Below, one piece after another: positions 10,158 to 20,016 of a stretch of DNA of 32,000 nucleotides. The notes under the pieces were generated by a model that saw only the letters and a program-made list of their open reading frames with translations, ran no database searches and was not told the origin of the DNA. The first letter of the stretch is position 1. Every line of letters starts with the position of its first letter. The stretch comes from Saccharolobus solfataricus (lineage in GTDB: Archaea; Thermoproteota; Thermoprotei_A; Sulfolobales; Sulfolobaceae). The translations under genes were made by a program, and so were the position numbers. The stretch lies in contig NZ_LT549890.1 of assembly GCF_900079115.1 (NCBI RefSeq), forward strand, positions 1,140,001-1,172,000, in the 5' to 3' direction.

Positions 10158-11090
10158 ATGAGTAGAGAAGGAAGTTTAGGCCAAACTAAAGGAGAAGTCA
10201 AGCAAGTATTATCAAACATTTCGGAGGGATTAATGAAAAATTATAGAAATACTGTTGAATTTGCTGCTAGGATGAGAGAAAAAGGCCCGGCATATAAAGA
10301 GGCAGGAGAATATTTGGTAGCGAAAGGATTCTGGCTCTCCGTTAGGCTAATAGGAGCCTTAACCGGAGTTTCAATGGATTACCTCACTCCTCTAGACGCT
10401 AGAATAATGTCATACAAGGAGTTTATGACAGAATGGGTAGGTGCGCAGTTAAAGAGATTATTAGAAGATTATGGAATAAGATTACCTTGGTATTGGAAAT
10501 GGTTTGAGTTAGAGTTAGACCATTGGCATCATGACTTTATTATAGGATTATATACGTGGAGAAGGACTCTAAATGTTTCATTTAGAGGTCCTACGCCTGA
10601 TGAGAGAAAATGGTTAAACGAGAAATATCCACATTGGGAGATGTTTTTCGGTAGAGTTTGGGACTTGTATATAAAGAAGATTATTGATGGCCAAATACCG
10701 TTACCATTAACTGCAGTACATTTATGTGCGGTTTGTCAAGTACCGATACAAGCTCCAGCTAATGGAAAGTACTTGAGGATCTACTTAAAAGAGTATAAGG
10801 GAAAAATGTATACGTTTGATAGTCCCGCTTGCTTATGGATATTTGAACAAGAGCCAGAAAGATATGCTGGGAGAAGGACTTACACACAAAGAGTTCTTGA
10901 GGGTATGATACAGTTTACTGAAGAGGCATACAAGGATCCGAAGAGGCTACTAGATGAGGTGATATGGAATATGGGACAAACAGAGGAAGGGGAAGCTGGT
11001 CTAGACCCTACTGACGGTGCATATGCATTATTATATAGAGAGAAAGATCCAGATTTCTTTAATAGAATAAAGAAGTATACGGAGGCGTAA
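10158..11090 (+). CDS. Multicomponent diiron monooxygenase alpha subunit, C-terminal half
   Basis: 310 aa. WLSVRLIGALTGVSMDYLTPLDARIMSYKEFMTEWV, PWYWKWF, HHDF and TPDERKWLNEKYPHW resemble the region after the second EXXH in TouA/TmoA as I recall those sequences. Confidence 0.8.
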   Translation: MSREGSLGQTKGEVKQVLSNISEGLMKNYRNTVEFAARMREKGPAYKEAGEYLVAKGFWLSVRLIGALTGVSMDYLTPLDARIMSYKEFMTEWVGAQLKRLLEDYGIRLPWYWKWFELELDHWHHDFIIGLYTWRRTLNVSFRGPTPDERKWLNEKYPHWEMFFGRVWDLYIKKIIDGQIPLPLTAVHLCAVCQVPIQAPANGKYLRIYLKEYKGKMYTFDSPACLWIFEQEPERYAGRRTYTQRVLEGMIQFTEEAYKDPKRLLDEVIWNMGQTEEGEAGLDPTDGAYALLYREKDPDFFNRIKKYTEA

Positions 11091-11095
11091 AACAA

Positions 11096-11530
11096 ATGAG
11101 TATAGAAGCGGTACCCATAGTGTTTGTTCCAGAAGAAGGTACAGTATGGTTACCAGCTGTGCTTCCAACAAACATTGCAGTAAAAGAAGCTGTTGAAATG
11201 TTAAAGAGTTTAACAGTCAATGTGTTAGTATGGGAAAAGAAAGGGAAAGAGTTAAGGTTAGTAAATTACTTTACTGGTCAAGTCTTAGACCCTAATGCCA
11301 AAGTTAGAGACGTAATAAAGCCATATGACGTTTTCTGGTTAATCTGGTGGCCTCCTAGAGAAGAGTTCTGGAAGCCAGAAAATCAGAATGATGAAATATT
11401 TAGGATTATAAAGGAGACCGAAGATGCAGTAAAGTCAGCCCCAAGATCTCCTTCAGTACTATTTGCAGATGAGATTGAGAAATATAGTATCGTTAGAAGA
11501 TTGGAAAGGGAGGGTAAACTAAGAGCGTGA
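11096..11530 (+). CDS. Small monooxygenase-operon protein, possibly a TmoB/gamma-like subunit
   Basis: 144 aa. Occupies the position that tmoB holds in TMO-type operons and starts 5 nt after the preceding stop. No motif I can name. Confidence 0.4.
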   Translation: MSIEAVPIVFVPEEGTVWLPAVLPTNIAVKEAVEMLKSLTVNVLVWEKKGKELRLVNYFTGQVLDPNAKVRDVIKPYDVFWLIWWPPREEFWKPENQNDEIFRIIKETEDAVKSAPRSPSVLFADEIEKYSIVRRLEREGKLRA

Positions 11531-11534
11531 GATT

Positions 11535-11939
11535 ATGAATTACCCTGGAGAATTTCATAAATTACTAACTCTAGACGACATTTATGAAGGAGAGGCTAAG
11601 CTAGTAGAGGTTAATAGATATGAAATTCTAGTAGTAAATATAAAGGGAGAGATTAAGGCATATTATGCTAGATGTGCCCATGCATTAGGTTTAATAGAAT
11701 CAAACTCTTTCGATGGTGAGGAGAAAATAATATGCCCAGTACATCTATGGGAGTATAACGCGAGGACAGGCGAAAGTATAAATCCAGTTGGTAGTTCTCT
11801 CTTTCCTTTAGATGTGAAGGTTGAAGGTAGTGATATTTTTGTTAAAGTTCCATCTGTTCCCATATCCGAATTCAAGGTTAAATGGTTTGGTATGTATAGG
11901 CAAAGGGGTGTGATAAATGAGTTTGGAGTTAACTCTTGA
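11535..11939 (+). CDS. Rieske-type [2Fe-2S] ferredoxin component
   Basis: 134 aa with CAH...17 residues...CPVH (CxH/CxxH Rieske ligands). Confidence 0.85.
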   Translation: MNYPGEFHKLLTLDDIYEGEAKLVEVNRYEILVVNIKGEIKAYYARCAHALGLIESNSFDGEEKIICPVHLWEYNARTGESINPVGSSLFPLDVKVEGSDIFVKVPSVPISEFKVKWFGMYRQRGVINEFGVNS

Positions 11940-12264
11940 AACAATTTTAGATAAATATCAAATAATGGATTTAAGTAAATTACCACAAAATATGGTAGGG
12001 CCAGTGCTCATGAAAGACGAGTTCAGCTATGCTGTAGTTGAGGCTTTAGCGCGCGATAATCCAAATACTTTCAAAGGAGTTCTTGATAGGGGTTCTTACA
12101 TAAGAGTAGTGGGTGAAAGGGAACTTATCTTAAACAAGACTACGCTAGAGGAAGTGATAGGTATGGACGTTAGATTTCCTGGAGAGGTTGAGGTAAGGAT
12201 GAGCGCATTTGCAGGAAAGATAATTGTTAGAGGGGATTATATAAAATGGCATTTAGACTTGTGA
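11917..12264 (+). CDS. Monooxygenase effector/coupling protein (MmoB/DmpM family); alternative start ATG 11965
   Basis: About 100 aa, cofactor-less. VGPVLMKDEFSYAVVEALARDNP...RMSAFAGKIIV fits the family pattern. The longest ORF overlaps the Rieske gene by 23 nt. Confidence 0.7.
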   Translation: MSLELTLETILDKYQIMDLSKLPQNMVGPVLMKDEFSYAVVEALARDNPNTFKGVLDRGSYIRVVGERELILNKTTLEEVIGMDVRFPGEVEVRMSAFAGKIIVRGDYIKWHLDL

Positions 12265-12275
12265 GGTGAAAGGAT

Positions 12276-13406
12276 ATGACTAGATTAGAGGATTTGGAAT
12301 GGTATAAAAGGTATAAACAAATGTTCGGAGCATTCAAAAGCGGTCCAGAAGGGGATCCGTTTTTCAGAGATTATGAGTATAGGGGATACAAGAAAGTTTG
12401 GTCAACGTGGCCAATGTTGGAGAAAAAGTTAGGAAGAAAAAAACCATCAGAATACCAAGTAGTTACTTATGCATTATCATACTGGGCCGATCCAAGATCC
12501 CCTACTTATATCTACGATAAAGGGCCATTTGAACTAGGGACAGAACACATAACCCAAAAATGGTATAAACACTTTAGAGACAACTCACCGTTCATTAAAC
12601 CATTATTCGAAAGAGGTGAATGGCATGATTATGAAGACCCATACAAATTGACATATTGGACTTATAACTCCATGGCGGACGATAATGAAACTTTCTTAGA
12701 TAAGATTTACGAGGAGATTGTAAATACTAAATATGATTGGAACCTAAATGAAGAGGTACTGGAATTATACAAGAACGTTTATGACCCATTAAGATACGTA
12801 TTCCATATTATGCAAATGGAGTCAATGTATCTAGCTACTATGGCTCCTACAAGTTCTATAGCTAACGTATTTATTTTCATGGGAATGGACCATTTAAGGA
12901 GAGTCCAAAGAATTTCACAAAGGGTAAAGATGCTCGATATTGTATATCCAAGTCTAGGATTTGGAAAGGAAACAAGGAAGGTATTTGAGGAGAGTCCAAT
13001 ATTTCAGCCAACAAGAGAAGTATTGGAGAAAATGTTAGTTACGTATGATGTAGGAGAAGCCTTAGTAGCGTTTAACTTAGCAGTCAAATTCGTATTAGAT
13101 GAACTGATACTCCAACATCTAACTCAACCATTCAGTAAGTTAGGAGACGAGATGATAAAGCACATTCACTTATCGTTCTATAACGATACGTTAAGACATA
13201 GACATCAAGCTCAAGAGCTGTTCAAATACGCATTCAGTAAGGAGCCAAGTTTAAAGGATGTTATTAAACCTTGGGTGAAAGATTGGCAAGAGATGGGATT
13301 TAAGGCTACAGAAGGGTTTAGAGATGTGCTTAAAGGAGAATATGATAATGCTATAAGGCAGATTAGGAAGGCTCATAGTGAATATCTTGGAGGAATAGGA
13401 CTATGA
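12276..13406 (+). CDS. Multicomponent monooxygenase beta subunit
   Basis: 376 aa, ferritin-like helical protein without EXXH ligands, at the tmoE/touE position of the operon. Confidence 0.7.
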   Translation: MTRLEDLEWYKRYKQMFGAFKSGPEGDPFFRDYEYRGYKKVWSTWPMLEKKLGRKKPSEYQVVTYALSYWADPRSPTYIYDKGPFELGTEHITQKWYKHFRDNSPFIKPLFERGEWHDYEDPYKLTYWTYNSMADDNETFLDKIYEEIVNTKYDWNLNEEVLELYKNVYDPLRYVFHIMQMESMYLATMAPTSSIANVFIFMGMDHLRRVQRISQRVKMLDIVYPSLGFGKETRKVFEESPIFQPTREVLEKMLVTYDVGEALVAFNLAVKFVLDELILQHLTQPFSKLGDEMIKHIHLSFYNDTLRHRHQAQELFKYAFSKEPSLKDVIKPWVKDWQEMGFKATEGFRDVLKGEYDNAIRQIRKAHSEYLGGIGL

Positions 13407-13864
13407 AGGAGAAGGTTGTAGAAATTTTGAGGCAAATTTACGATCCAGAAATTCCAATAAATATATATGACTTAGGACTAGTAAGAGAGATAAGAATTGA
13501 AGGCAAAAGAATTTTTGTTAGATTGATTTTCACTGCAAATAAGGGATGTACGCTGGCAGATCTTGTAGCAGTTCAAGTTAAGTATAAACTAATGAAGGTA
13601 TTTCCAGACTATAACGTGGAGGTCAAGAGTGATTTCAATGAAGAATGGAATATAGGCTATGCAACAGAAACGGGCAGGCTGATGTTAGAGGAAATATATG
13701 GAAAGGATGCAGTGGAGGTATTAGTTAATAAGACCAAAATAGAGGAATTAGTATCAACAAATAAAGTCAAGTTAGAGAATTTCGATCCACGTGAATATAT
13801 GAGAAAAGCAGTGGAGGAGAGATATAAAAAATTTAGAGAATGGTATGACAAACACAAAATATAG
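13403..13864 (+). CDS. DUF59 (MIP18/PaaD/SufT-like) metal-cluster assembly family protein; last codon and stop supplied by the IS
   Basis: 153 aa with IYDPEIPINIYDLGLV. Overlaps the beta gene by 4 nt. The IS110-type arm begins at 13860, so ...ata tag comes from the insertion. Confidence 0.7.
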   Translation: MKEKVVEILRQIYDPEIPINIYDLGLVREIRIEGKRIFVRLIFTANKGCTLADLVAVQVKYKLMKVFPDYNVEVKSDFNEEWNIGYATETGRLMLEEIYGKDAVEVLVNKTKIEELVSTNKVKLENFDPREYMRKAVEERYKKFREWYDKHKI

Positions 13865-14855
13865 TCTTTTTCTTAATAGGCACTACATGCTCCGCCTCTA
13901 ACAAACCTACTGGGACAACGAGTCTAGCACATCACCCACATCAACATCTTGAACGTTAACGTCCTTCCCCCTAGGTGCCCTAAAACTCTTCTTAACATCG
14001 CCCTTGTAAACACCATCCTTTATAACGTGATAACAAATACAAGCAAGCTTCCCACCAAGAGCACAAGTTTAGTAGCACTCTTCCACTTGGAGACAAGCCT
14101 ATCGTAATACTCCTTAAAACGCTCAGACTTCCTAGCAACCCTAGCAACCAAGAAAAAAGCCCTACGCAAATACTTATTACCCATACCAGAGTGAGACTCG
14201 CTCTCACCACTCTGCTTAGTTCTGGGAGCAAAACCAGCATAAACCCTAGCCTTAGAACTGGAAAAACGAGAAACATCACCGAACTCAGCGTAAATGGTTG
14301 CAGCACTAATCAAACCAACTCCCGGCTCAACTCGACCACAGGCTGAGGAATCTTAGAAATTATCATGTCCTCAACTTCCTTAACCATAGCCTCCAAGCTC
14401 TTCAGTAAGTCTACCAGCTGCTTCAAAGCTAGCTTCTCAGCATCATTCAAACTTCTCCCTAACTTCTCCTTCAACTCGTCCCTTTCCTCCTTGCTCAACC
14501 CTTCTCCCCTACTTAACTTCTCCAGCAACGCCATTCCCCTCTTATCAAAGGGCTCTATCTTGTATCCCGCCATTTCTAGAAACTTCCTTATCTCGTTCTT
14601 TACTTGCGTTATCTTCCTCATCAAACTCTCCCTATACCTCGTTAACTCCCTCAATTCCCTTATTTCCCCGGTCGGTATGTATGACCCCTTAACTGCTCCC
14701 AGGATGAAGGCTTTTGCCAGTCTTTGCGCGTCTAGCTTGTCGGTCTTCTTTCCGAATACTTCCTTCAAGTGTAAGGGATTTATTACTGTTACCTTATATC
14801 CCTTTTCTGTTAGTTCTTCGTGTAGGTAGAAGAAGTACGGTCCGGTTGACTCCAT
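13860..14855 (-). mobile_element. 5'-truncated IS110-family element copy (left arm of the palindromic composite)
   Basis: Reverse complement of 15904-16865, plus 34 extra nt at the inner end (14822-14855). I found one mismatch (13925 vs 16800). Confidence 0.75.
13908..14855 (-). pseudogene. IS110-family transposase, N-terminally truncated and frameshifted
   Basis: ESTGPYFFY..., then the PGVGLISAATIYAEFGD and GNKYLRRAFF motifs fall in different frames (ORFs 14310-14885, 14020-14313, then a third frame). The first 10 codons of ORF 14310-14885 are read-through from the ISC1048 end. Confidence 0.7.
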
Positions 14856-15903
14856 TAGTATTTCCGGAAAGTTCTTAGACTTCAATTTTATCTAATCCTA
14901 GGTATGTTATTGCATTAAGATTAAATCTATACTTATTTTCTTCAAAGAACTGTTTAATACAGTTTTTAACGTCTTCTATCGTATAGAATATTTTATTGCT
15001 CATGTAGTTCTTGAGGGACTTGAAGACCGCCTCAGCCATATTAAGCTCAGGCGAGTAAGGAGGAGTAAACACGGGATGAATACCCTTCCTGCGACAAACC
15101 TCAAGCGTACCCTTAGTCTTGTGAGGAGAGTAATTATCCATGACCATGTAAACCCTACCACTACCCACACGCCTCTTAAAGTACCTCAAGAAATACTTAA
15201 CGGATTCAGAGTTAGGCCTTTTAGCAAGAGAAACCACTACTTCGCCGGTCCAAGCGTTTATAGCTAGAATAACATAGATTGAGGAAAAACCTATATTGAC
15301 GCGCATTACGGGCTTACTGCCAACCTTAGCTAGAACCTTCTTAATTGACGTGCTAATTACTGTCCTACACTCGTCTAGAAAGAACAGTGCCTTTCTTTCC
15401 AATTTCTTTATTTTTTTAAAATCTTCCCACTTGTCCTTTTCTGCTTGGATGTTGGTAGGTCTGGGTTTTACTAGGTTGTATCCTAGTTCGTGGACTAGTT
15501 CGTATAGTCTGGATTTCTTGTATTCTATTCCTTGTTCTTGTAGTGCTATCTTGAGTGTTTTCATTGTCCAATATTCTTGTTGTATTCCGTATTTTTGGGG
15601 CTTATCTTCCAGAATTTGTTTTATCTTTTCCTCTTCTACTTTTCTGGGTCTTCCTGATCTGGGCTTGTCCTTTAGTCCATCAAGACCTTCTTTCTTGTAC
15701 TTGCCAATCCACAATTTTATCGTGGAATAGCCCTTGTTAAGCATTTTCGAAACTTCTTTCTCCGATTTACCATCAACTACGTGCAGCTTCACTGCAAGAA
15801 TCCTCTCCTTAATTCTCGCGTTCTTCTCTTCCTTATAAGCTTGAACCAAATCTTGCATAGTTCAATCTGGTAATACTAATCTATAAACTTTTCGGAAACA
15901 CTA
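14856..15903 (-). mobile_element. IS630-family insertion sequence (ISC1048-like): 1048 bp including both flanking TA, 1044 bp without
   Basis: Imperfect terminal repeats: GTATTTCCGGAAAGTTCTTAGAC at 14858-14880 and CTATAAACTTTTCGGAAACAC at 15881-15901. TA at 14856-14857 and 15902-15903. Confidence 0.85.
14875..15858 (-). CDS. IS630-family DDE transposase
   Basis: 327 aa. HTH region, GRPRK, FFLDECRT and VMDNYSPHKT motifs. Confidence 0.9.
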   Translation of the reverse strand: MQDLVQAYKEEKNARIKERILAVKLHVVDGKSEKEVSKMLNKGYSTIKLWIGKYKKEGLDGLKDKPRSGRPRKVEEEKIKQILEDKPQKYGIQQEYWTMKTLKIALQEQGIEYKKSRLYELVHELGYNLVKPRPTNIQAEKDKWEDFKKIKKLERKALFFLDECRTVISTSIKKVLAKVGSKPVMRVNIGFSSIYVILAINAWTGEVVVSLAKRPNSESVKYFLRYFKRRVGSGRVYMVMDNYSPHKTKGTLEVCRRKGIHPVFTPPYSPELNMAEAVFKSLKNYMSNKIFYTIEDVKNCIKQFFEENKYRFNLNAITYLGLDKIEV

Positions 15904-16865
15904 ACGAAGAACTAACAGAAAAGGGATATAAGGTAACAGTAATAAATCCCTTACACTTGAAGGAAGTATTCGGAAAGAAGACCGACAAGCTAGACGCGCA
16001 AAGACTGGCAAAAGCCTTCATCCTGGGAGCAGTTAAGGGGTCATACATACCGACCGGGGAAATAAGGGAATTGAGGGAGTTAACGAGGTATAGGGAGAGT
16101 TTGATGAGGAAGATAACGCAAGTAAAGAACGAGATAAGGAAGTTTCTAGAAATGGCGGGATACAAGATAGAGCCCTTTGATAAGAGGGGAATGGCGTTGC
16201 TGGAGAAGTTAAGTAGGGGAGAAGGGTTGAGCAAGGAGGAAAGGGACGAGTTGAAGGAGAAGTTAGGGAGAAGTTTGAATGATGCTGAGAAGCTAGCTTT
16301 GAAGCAGCTGGTAGACTTACTGAAGAGCTTGGAGGCTATGGTTAAGGAAGTTGAGGACATGATAATTTCTAAGATTCCTCAGCCTGTGGTCGAGTTGAGC
16401 CGGGAGTTGGTTTGATTAGTGCTGCAACCATTTACGCTGAGTTCGGTGATGTTTCTCGTTTTTCCAGTTCTAAGGCTAGGGTTTATGCTGGTTTTGCTCC
16501 CAGAACTAAGCAGAGTGGTGAGAGCGAGTCTCACTCTGGTATGGGTAATAAGTATTTGCGTAGGGCTTTTTTCTTGGTTGCTAGGGTTGCTAGGAAGTCT
16601 GAGCGTTTTAAGGAGTATTACGATAGGCTTGTCTCCAAGTGGAAGAGTGCTACTAAACTTGTGCTCTTGGTGGGAAGCTTGCTTGTATTTGTTATCACGT
16701 TATAAAGGATGGTGTTTACAAGGGCGATGTTAAGAAGAGTTTTAGGGCACCTAGGGGGAAGGACGTTAACGTTCAAGATGTTGATGTGGGTGATGTGCTG
16801 GACTCGTTGTCCCAGTAGGTTTGTTAGAGGCGGAGCATGTAGTGCCTATTAAGAAAAAGACTATA
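15904..16865 (+). mobile_element. 5'-truncated IS110-family element copy (right arm of the palindromic composite)
   Basis: 962 bp, inverted near-identical copy of 13860-14821. Carries the same frameshifted transposase remnants (ORFs 15957-16415, 16412-16705; third frame stops at 16815-16817). Confidence 0.75.
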
Positions 16866-17127
16866 ATCTATAAATTTTATTAAATAGGGGAATTCTCTAT
16901 ATAGAGTATAGCCTGGCTCAGATTCTCAGAGACACCTTTTACTTAAAGTATAAATTTATAACTTAATGTCGACACTATGTTTTTCCTTAGGTCTTAAGTT
17001 AGGCTAATTAGGATAAATTCTACTAGTTAAAAGTTATTCATATGTTCTCTCTGAGAAAAAATTGGAGTAACCTAACAAGCATTAAATATACGAAAATTTT
17101 ATATACGTATATCTCGTATACATATAT

Positions 17128-17352
17128 ATGTCAGACGTAATAAGCGTAAGAGTGAAGAAAGAGCTAAAGAAGAAGGCAGAGGAGTTAGGAATTAACGTTA
17201 GGGAAGTTGTAGAAAAAGCTTTAGAGGAAGCCATAAGGGAGAAGGAGAAGGAAGAGCTTAAGGATATGACTATGAAAATTAAGGAACTAATGAGGGACGT
17301 AAGTGAATATGATTGGGTAAGTACTGTTAGGGAGAGTAGGGATGAAAGATAA
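17128..17352 (+). CDS. vapB: VapB-type antitoxin (ribbon-helix-helix)
   Basis: 74 aa. ISVRVKKELKKKAEELGINVREVVEKALEEAI fits an RHH fold. Overlaps the downstream PIN gene by 11 nt. Confidence 0.7.
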   Translation: MSDVISVRVKKELKKKAEELGINVREVVEKALEEAIREKEKEELKDMTMKIKELMRDVSEYDWVSTVRESRDER

Positions 17353-17734
17353 GGAATTCTTGCTCGATGCCTCAGCTTTGTATTCACTTTTAGATTACGT
17401 GGATAAGGTAGATGTTAAGAAAATTCATGTACTTACCCTAACTTTTTATGAGGTAGGTAATGTCATATGGAAGGAGTATTATATACATAAAAAGGTTAAA
17501 GATCCTATAACCCTTTCGAGGCTTTTCTATAAATTAATGCGAAAATTTAACGTAATAGAGGATTCGCCTCTTGAGGGGGTAATGAGAATTGCCATAGAAA
17601 GGGGTTTAACTTACTATAACGCATCTTATGCGTATGTTGCTGAATCTTTAGGGCTTATCCTAGTGTCTAACGATAAAGAGTTGATAAGAAAGGCTAACGC
17701 TATTTCGTTAAAGGATTTGATAAAAAGTATGTGA
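17342..17734 (+). CDS. vapC: PIN-domain toxin VapC
   Basis: 130 aa with acidic PIN residues in LLDASAL, YEVGN and SNDKEL. Confidence 0.8.
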   Translation: MKDKEFLLDASALYSLLDYVDKVDVKKIHVLTLTFYEVGNVIWKEYYIHKKVKDPITLSRLFYKLMRKFNVIEDSPLEGVMRIAIERGLTYYNASYAYVAESLGLILVSNDKELIRKANAISLKDLIKSM

Positions 17735-17981
17735 AAAAAGTAAATTATTTGTATGTTGATATTTTTGGAGTTTTTAGGTTCTCTTTAGTAAGGTGTACAT
17801 ATGGGCGATTCATGTTTCCATTGCGAATTCATTTTATTTCAAATATTGTTACGAAATTAACTTAATGAACAGCAGTTATGTGATTTTAAGGGGATTTTAA
17901 GATTTTCATCAGATTCCTCATTTCATCTAAATTATTTTTAACGAAATTCTTCAATCCTTAAGTTCTCAACGTTCTAACCAC

Positions 17982-18166
17982 GGAGTTGAAGGGCTCTCGC
18001 AAACTCAGTCTTGACCTTGTTGATCCCTTGATTTTCGCCCTTCTTCATATTTTTCATTTTATGACCTCGATGATTAAAAACTTCCTCGGTAGTATTGAAT
18101 CCCTAGTAGTACAAAGGGAAAACTTGATAACTGCTGTAGGATAAGATGACTGCATGAGAACACTCC
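17982..18166. mobile_element. Possible 185-bp MITE sharing a terminus with the element at 29797-30138
   Basis: The right end ATAAGATGACTGCATGAGAACACTCC (18141-18166) is identical to 30112-30137. The left end GGAGTTGAAGGGCTCTCGCAAACTCAGTCTTGA is only a degenerate inverted match. Confidence 0.3.
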
Positions 18167-18657
18167 ACTTAGCATTTTACGTATTTTTCCTTCTCTTAAA
18201 CAGTTTCTTAATCCCACCCAAAGACTGATAAATATTTTTTATCAGCCTTGATATCCTATTGGCACCTAACTTCAAACCAAGGGAGTACTTGAACGAGAGG
18301 ACCAAGAACAAGGAGAGGACCTTCAAGGTCACAAAACCCTTACCCAAGTGAGGAAAGAACCCTTCTCCAACCCCAACGCCTTTAACTCCCTAATCAAAAC
18401 CTCAATATCCCAACGACTCTCTCATGAAGTTATTATGTCCTCTGAAGTATCATTTACATTAGTAGAGAAGAAGTACCTCTTACCCAAACCCTTATAATCA
18501 TCTACTACAAGTAACTTTATGGGAACACCTAGATACTCAACTAGGTATTCCCCTTGGGGGAACTCGCCAACGGGCACGAGTCTACCACCCTCGGTGACTC
18601 GCGCGCTGGACTTGAGTTCCCCCACAGTATCCTTTAAGAGAGTTTTGGAATTAACGT

Positions 18658-20016
18658 CAGTATGGGAATCTCATTTTTTGCGTAAAAAACGAGATGAATG
18701 GAATACAGAAAAAGTTGAGAGGATGAGAATTTCTGTAGAAAAGTTTGTATATACGAGGGCGGACTTGAACATATGAAACATGAGAATACAACTAAACCGG
18801 CGAAGTTCAACCGGGACTTCGCCAGGTCCGCCCTCAAGATAATTTACTCGATCCTCACTAAAATACTTTTCCTTGAGGAACTCCTCAGTGCCTTGCTTAA
18901 GGCGAGTGGGAGCTACTTGAGCAGGTTGGGGAAAGATGGGAGAAGAGCGTTGAGAAAATTGAACGCGGTTCAAGTTGAGGACGTGAGGGATGCGTTGAGG
19001 AAGATGGGGAGGATGACGTTAAGGGGAGTCAGGGACAGGAGGGTAGCGGTGGACTTCCATGCCATACCTCAATACCACGCTAACAAGAGTTTCTTGAGTA
19101 GGATAAAGCCAACTAAGGGGACGTCGTGGGGACTGGTTCAAGCTGCGATCTTCCTCCTGGGGAGGACGAGGAGCTTCTTGGACGTGATCCCAGTGACCGT
19201 GAAGAACGTAGCTGAAGGTTTCAAGGCGGTGATGGAGGTAATCGTGAAGGAGTTGGAGGAGGACAAGCTGAGGCTCGTCATGGTCTTCGCGGACAGGGAG
19301 TTCGCGGTGAACGAAGTGATTAGATACCTCTTGGAGTTGGGCTTGGACTTCGTCATATCTGCCAAAGCCCAGATGTACAAGAAGTACAAGGGGATGTTGC
19401 AAGATGTGGATGTGAGTTTTGGCGGAGTTAGATACACTGGCTTTCTCTGCGTGAGACATGGAACCGGAGCTTACCTCATTATCCTGAGGAAGGAAGACGG
19501 CAAGATTATTGCCTTCCTCGTGAGGAGGGAGATCGACCTTCACGATGCCATAGTCCTTGCCGAGATGTACAGGGAGAGGTGGGGGATAGAGAACGCCTTC
19601 CGCTCCCTTGAGGAGTTCAGGATCAGGACTAGGACTTGTGACGTGAGGAAGGAACTGGTTCTCGTTCTGCTTTCCTATCTTCTCTTGAATGTCTGGTTCT
19701 TGATCCGTTCTTGGAGGAAGGTAAAGTTGTGGGAGTTCTCGGTCTCCCTCTCGAATCTCCTCGATCGGGAGGTAAGAGTGGAACAGGGACGTGTGTTCCG
19801 TGAAGTGAAGACGTCATTCCCCTAGACTCCAGCTAACCCTATGCACCTCCTTCCAGCTACGTGAAATTAATTCTATATATTTATATTCTTCTGTTCAAAG
19901 CTGACTTATTAACTGTCATTTTCATAAAATATATGCAGTTATATTTGAATAAAACTGGTGCGGTTCAATCTTACATATATTATCATTTATATCAGAAAAA
20001 TGAGATTCCCATACTG
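18658..20016 (+). mobile_element. IS4-type insertion sequence, 1359 bp (ISC1359-like), nested in another transposase gene
   Basis: Terminal repeats CAGTATGGGAATCTCATTTTT (18658-18678) and its complement (19996-20016). Flanked by ACGT on both sides (18654-18657, 20017-20020). Confidence 0.8.
18773..19825 (+). CDS. DDE transposase of the ISC1359-like element
   Basis: 350 aa with VAVDFHAIP, VFADREFA and YRERWGIENAFRSLEEF. Visibly GC-richer than host genes. Confidence 0.85.
   Translation: MKHENTTKPAKFNRDFARSALKIIYSILTKILFLEELLSALLKASGSYLSRLGKDGRRALRKLNAVQVEDVRDALRKMGRMTLRGVRDRRVAVDFHAIPQYHANKSFLSRIKPTKGTSWGLVQAAIFLLGRTRSFLDVIPVTVKNVAEGFKAVMEVIVKELEEDKLRLVMVFADREFAVNEVIRYLLELGLDFVISAKAQMYKKYKGMLQDVDVSFGGVRYTGFLCVRHGTGAYLIILRKEDGKIIAFLVRREIDLHDAIVLAEMYRERWGIENAFRSLEEFRIRTRTCDVRKELVLVLLSYLLLNVWFLIRSWRKVKLWEFSVSLSNLLDREVRVEQGRVFREVKTSFP

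Noticed and set aside
14310-14885. 191-aa ORF as an intact transposase with start MKSKNFPEIL
   Set aside because: The first 10 codons come from the ISC1048 terminus. The IS110-type N-terminal catalytic region is missing and the C-terminal motifs are in other frames.
14365-16360. Ser/Leu-rich ORFs 14365-14829 and 15881-16360
   Set aside because: They are antisense shadows of the IS110-type transposase remnants, with biased composition and no motifs.
17957-18065. Short minus-strand ORF (about 28 codons, MKNMKKGENQG...) in the possible 185-bp MITE
   Set aside because: It is too short, has no supporting signal, and lies within repeat debris.
19019-19543. 174-aa and 99-aa minus-strand ORFs inside the ISC1359-like element
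   Set aside because: They are antisense to the well-supported transposase gene, and the GC-rich sequence keeps spurious frames open.
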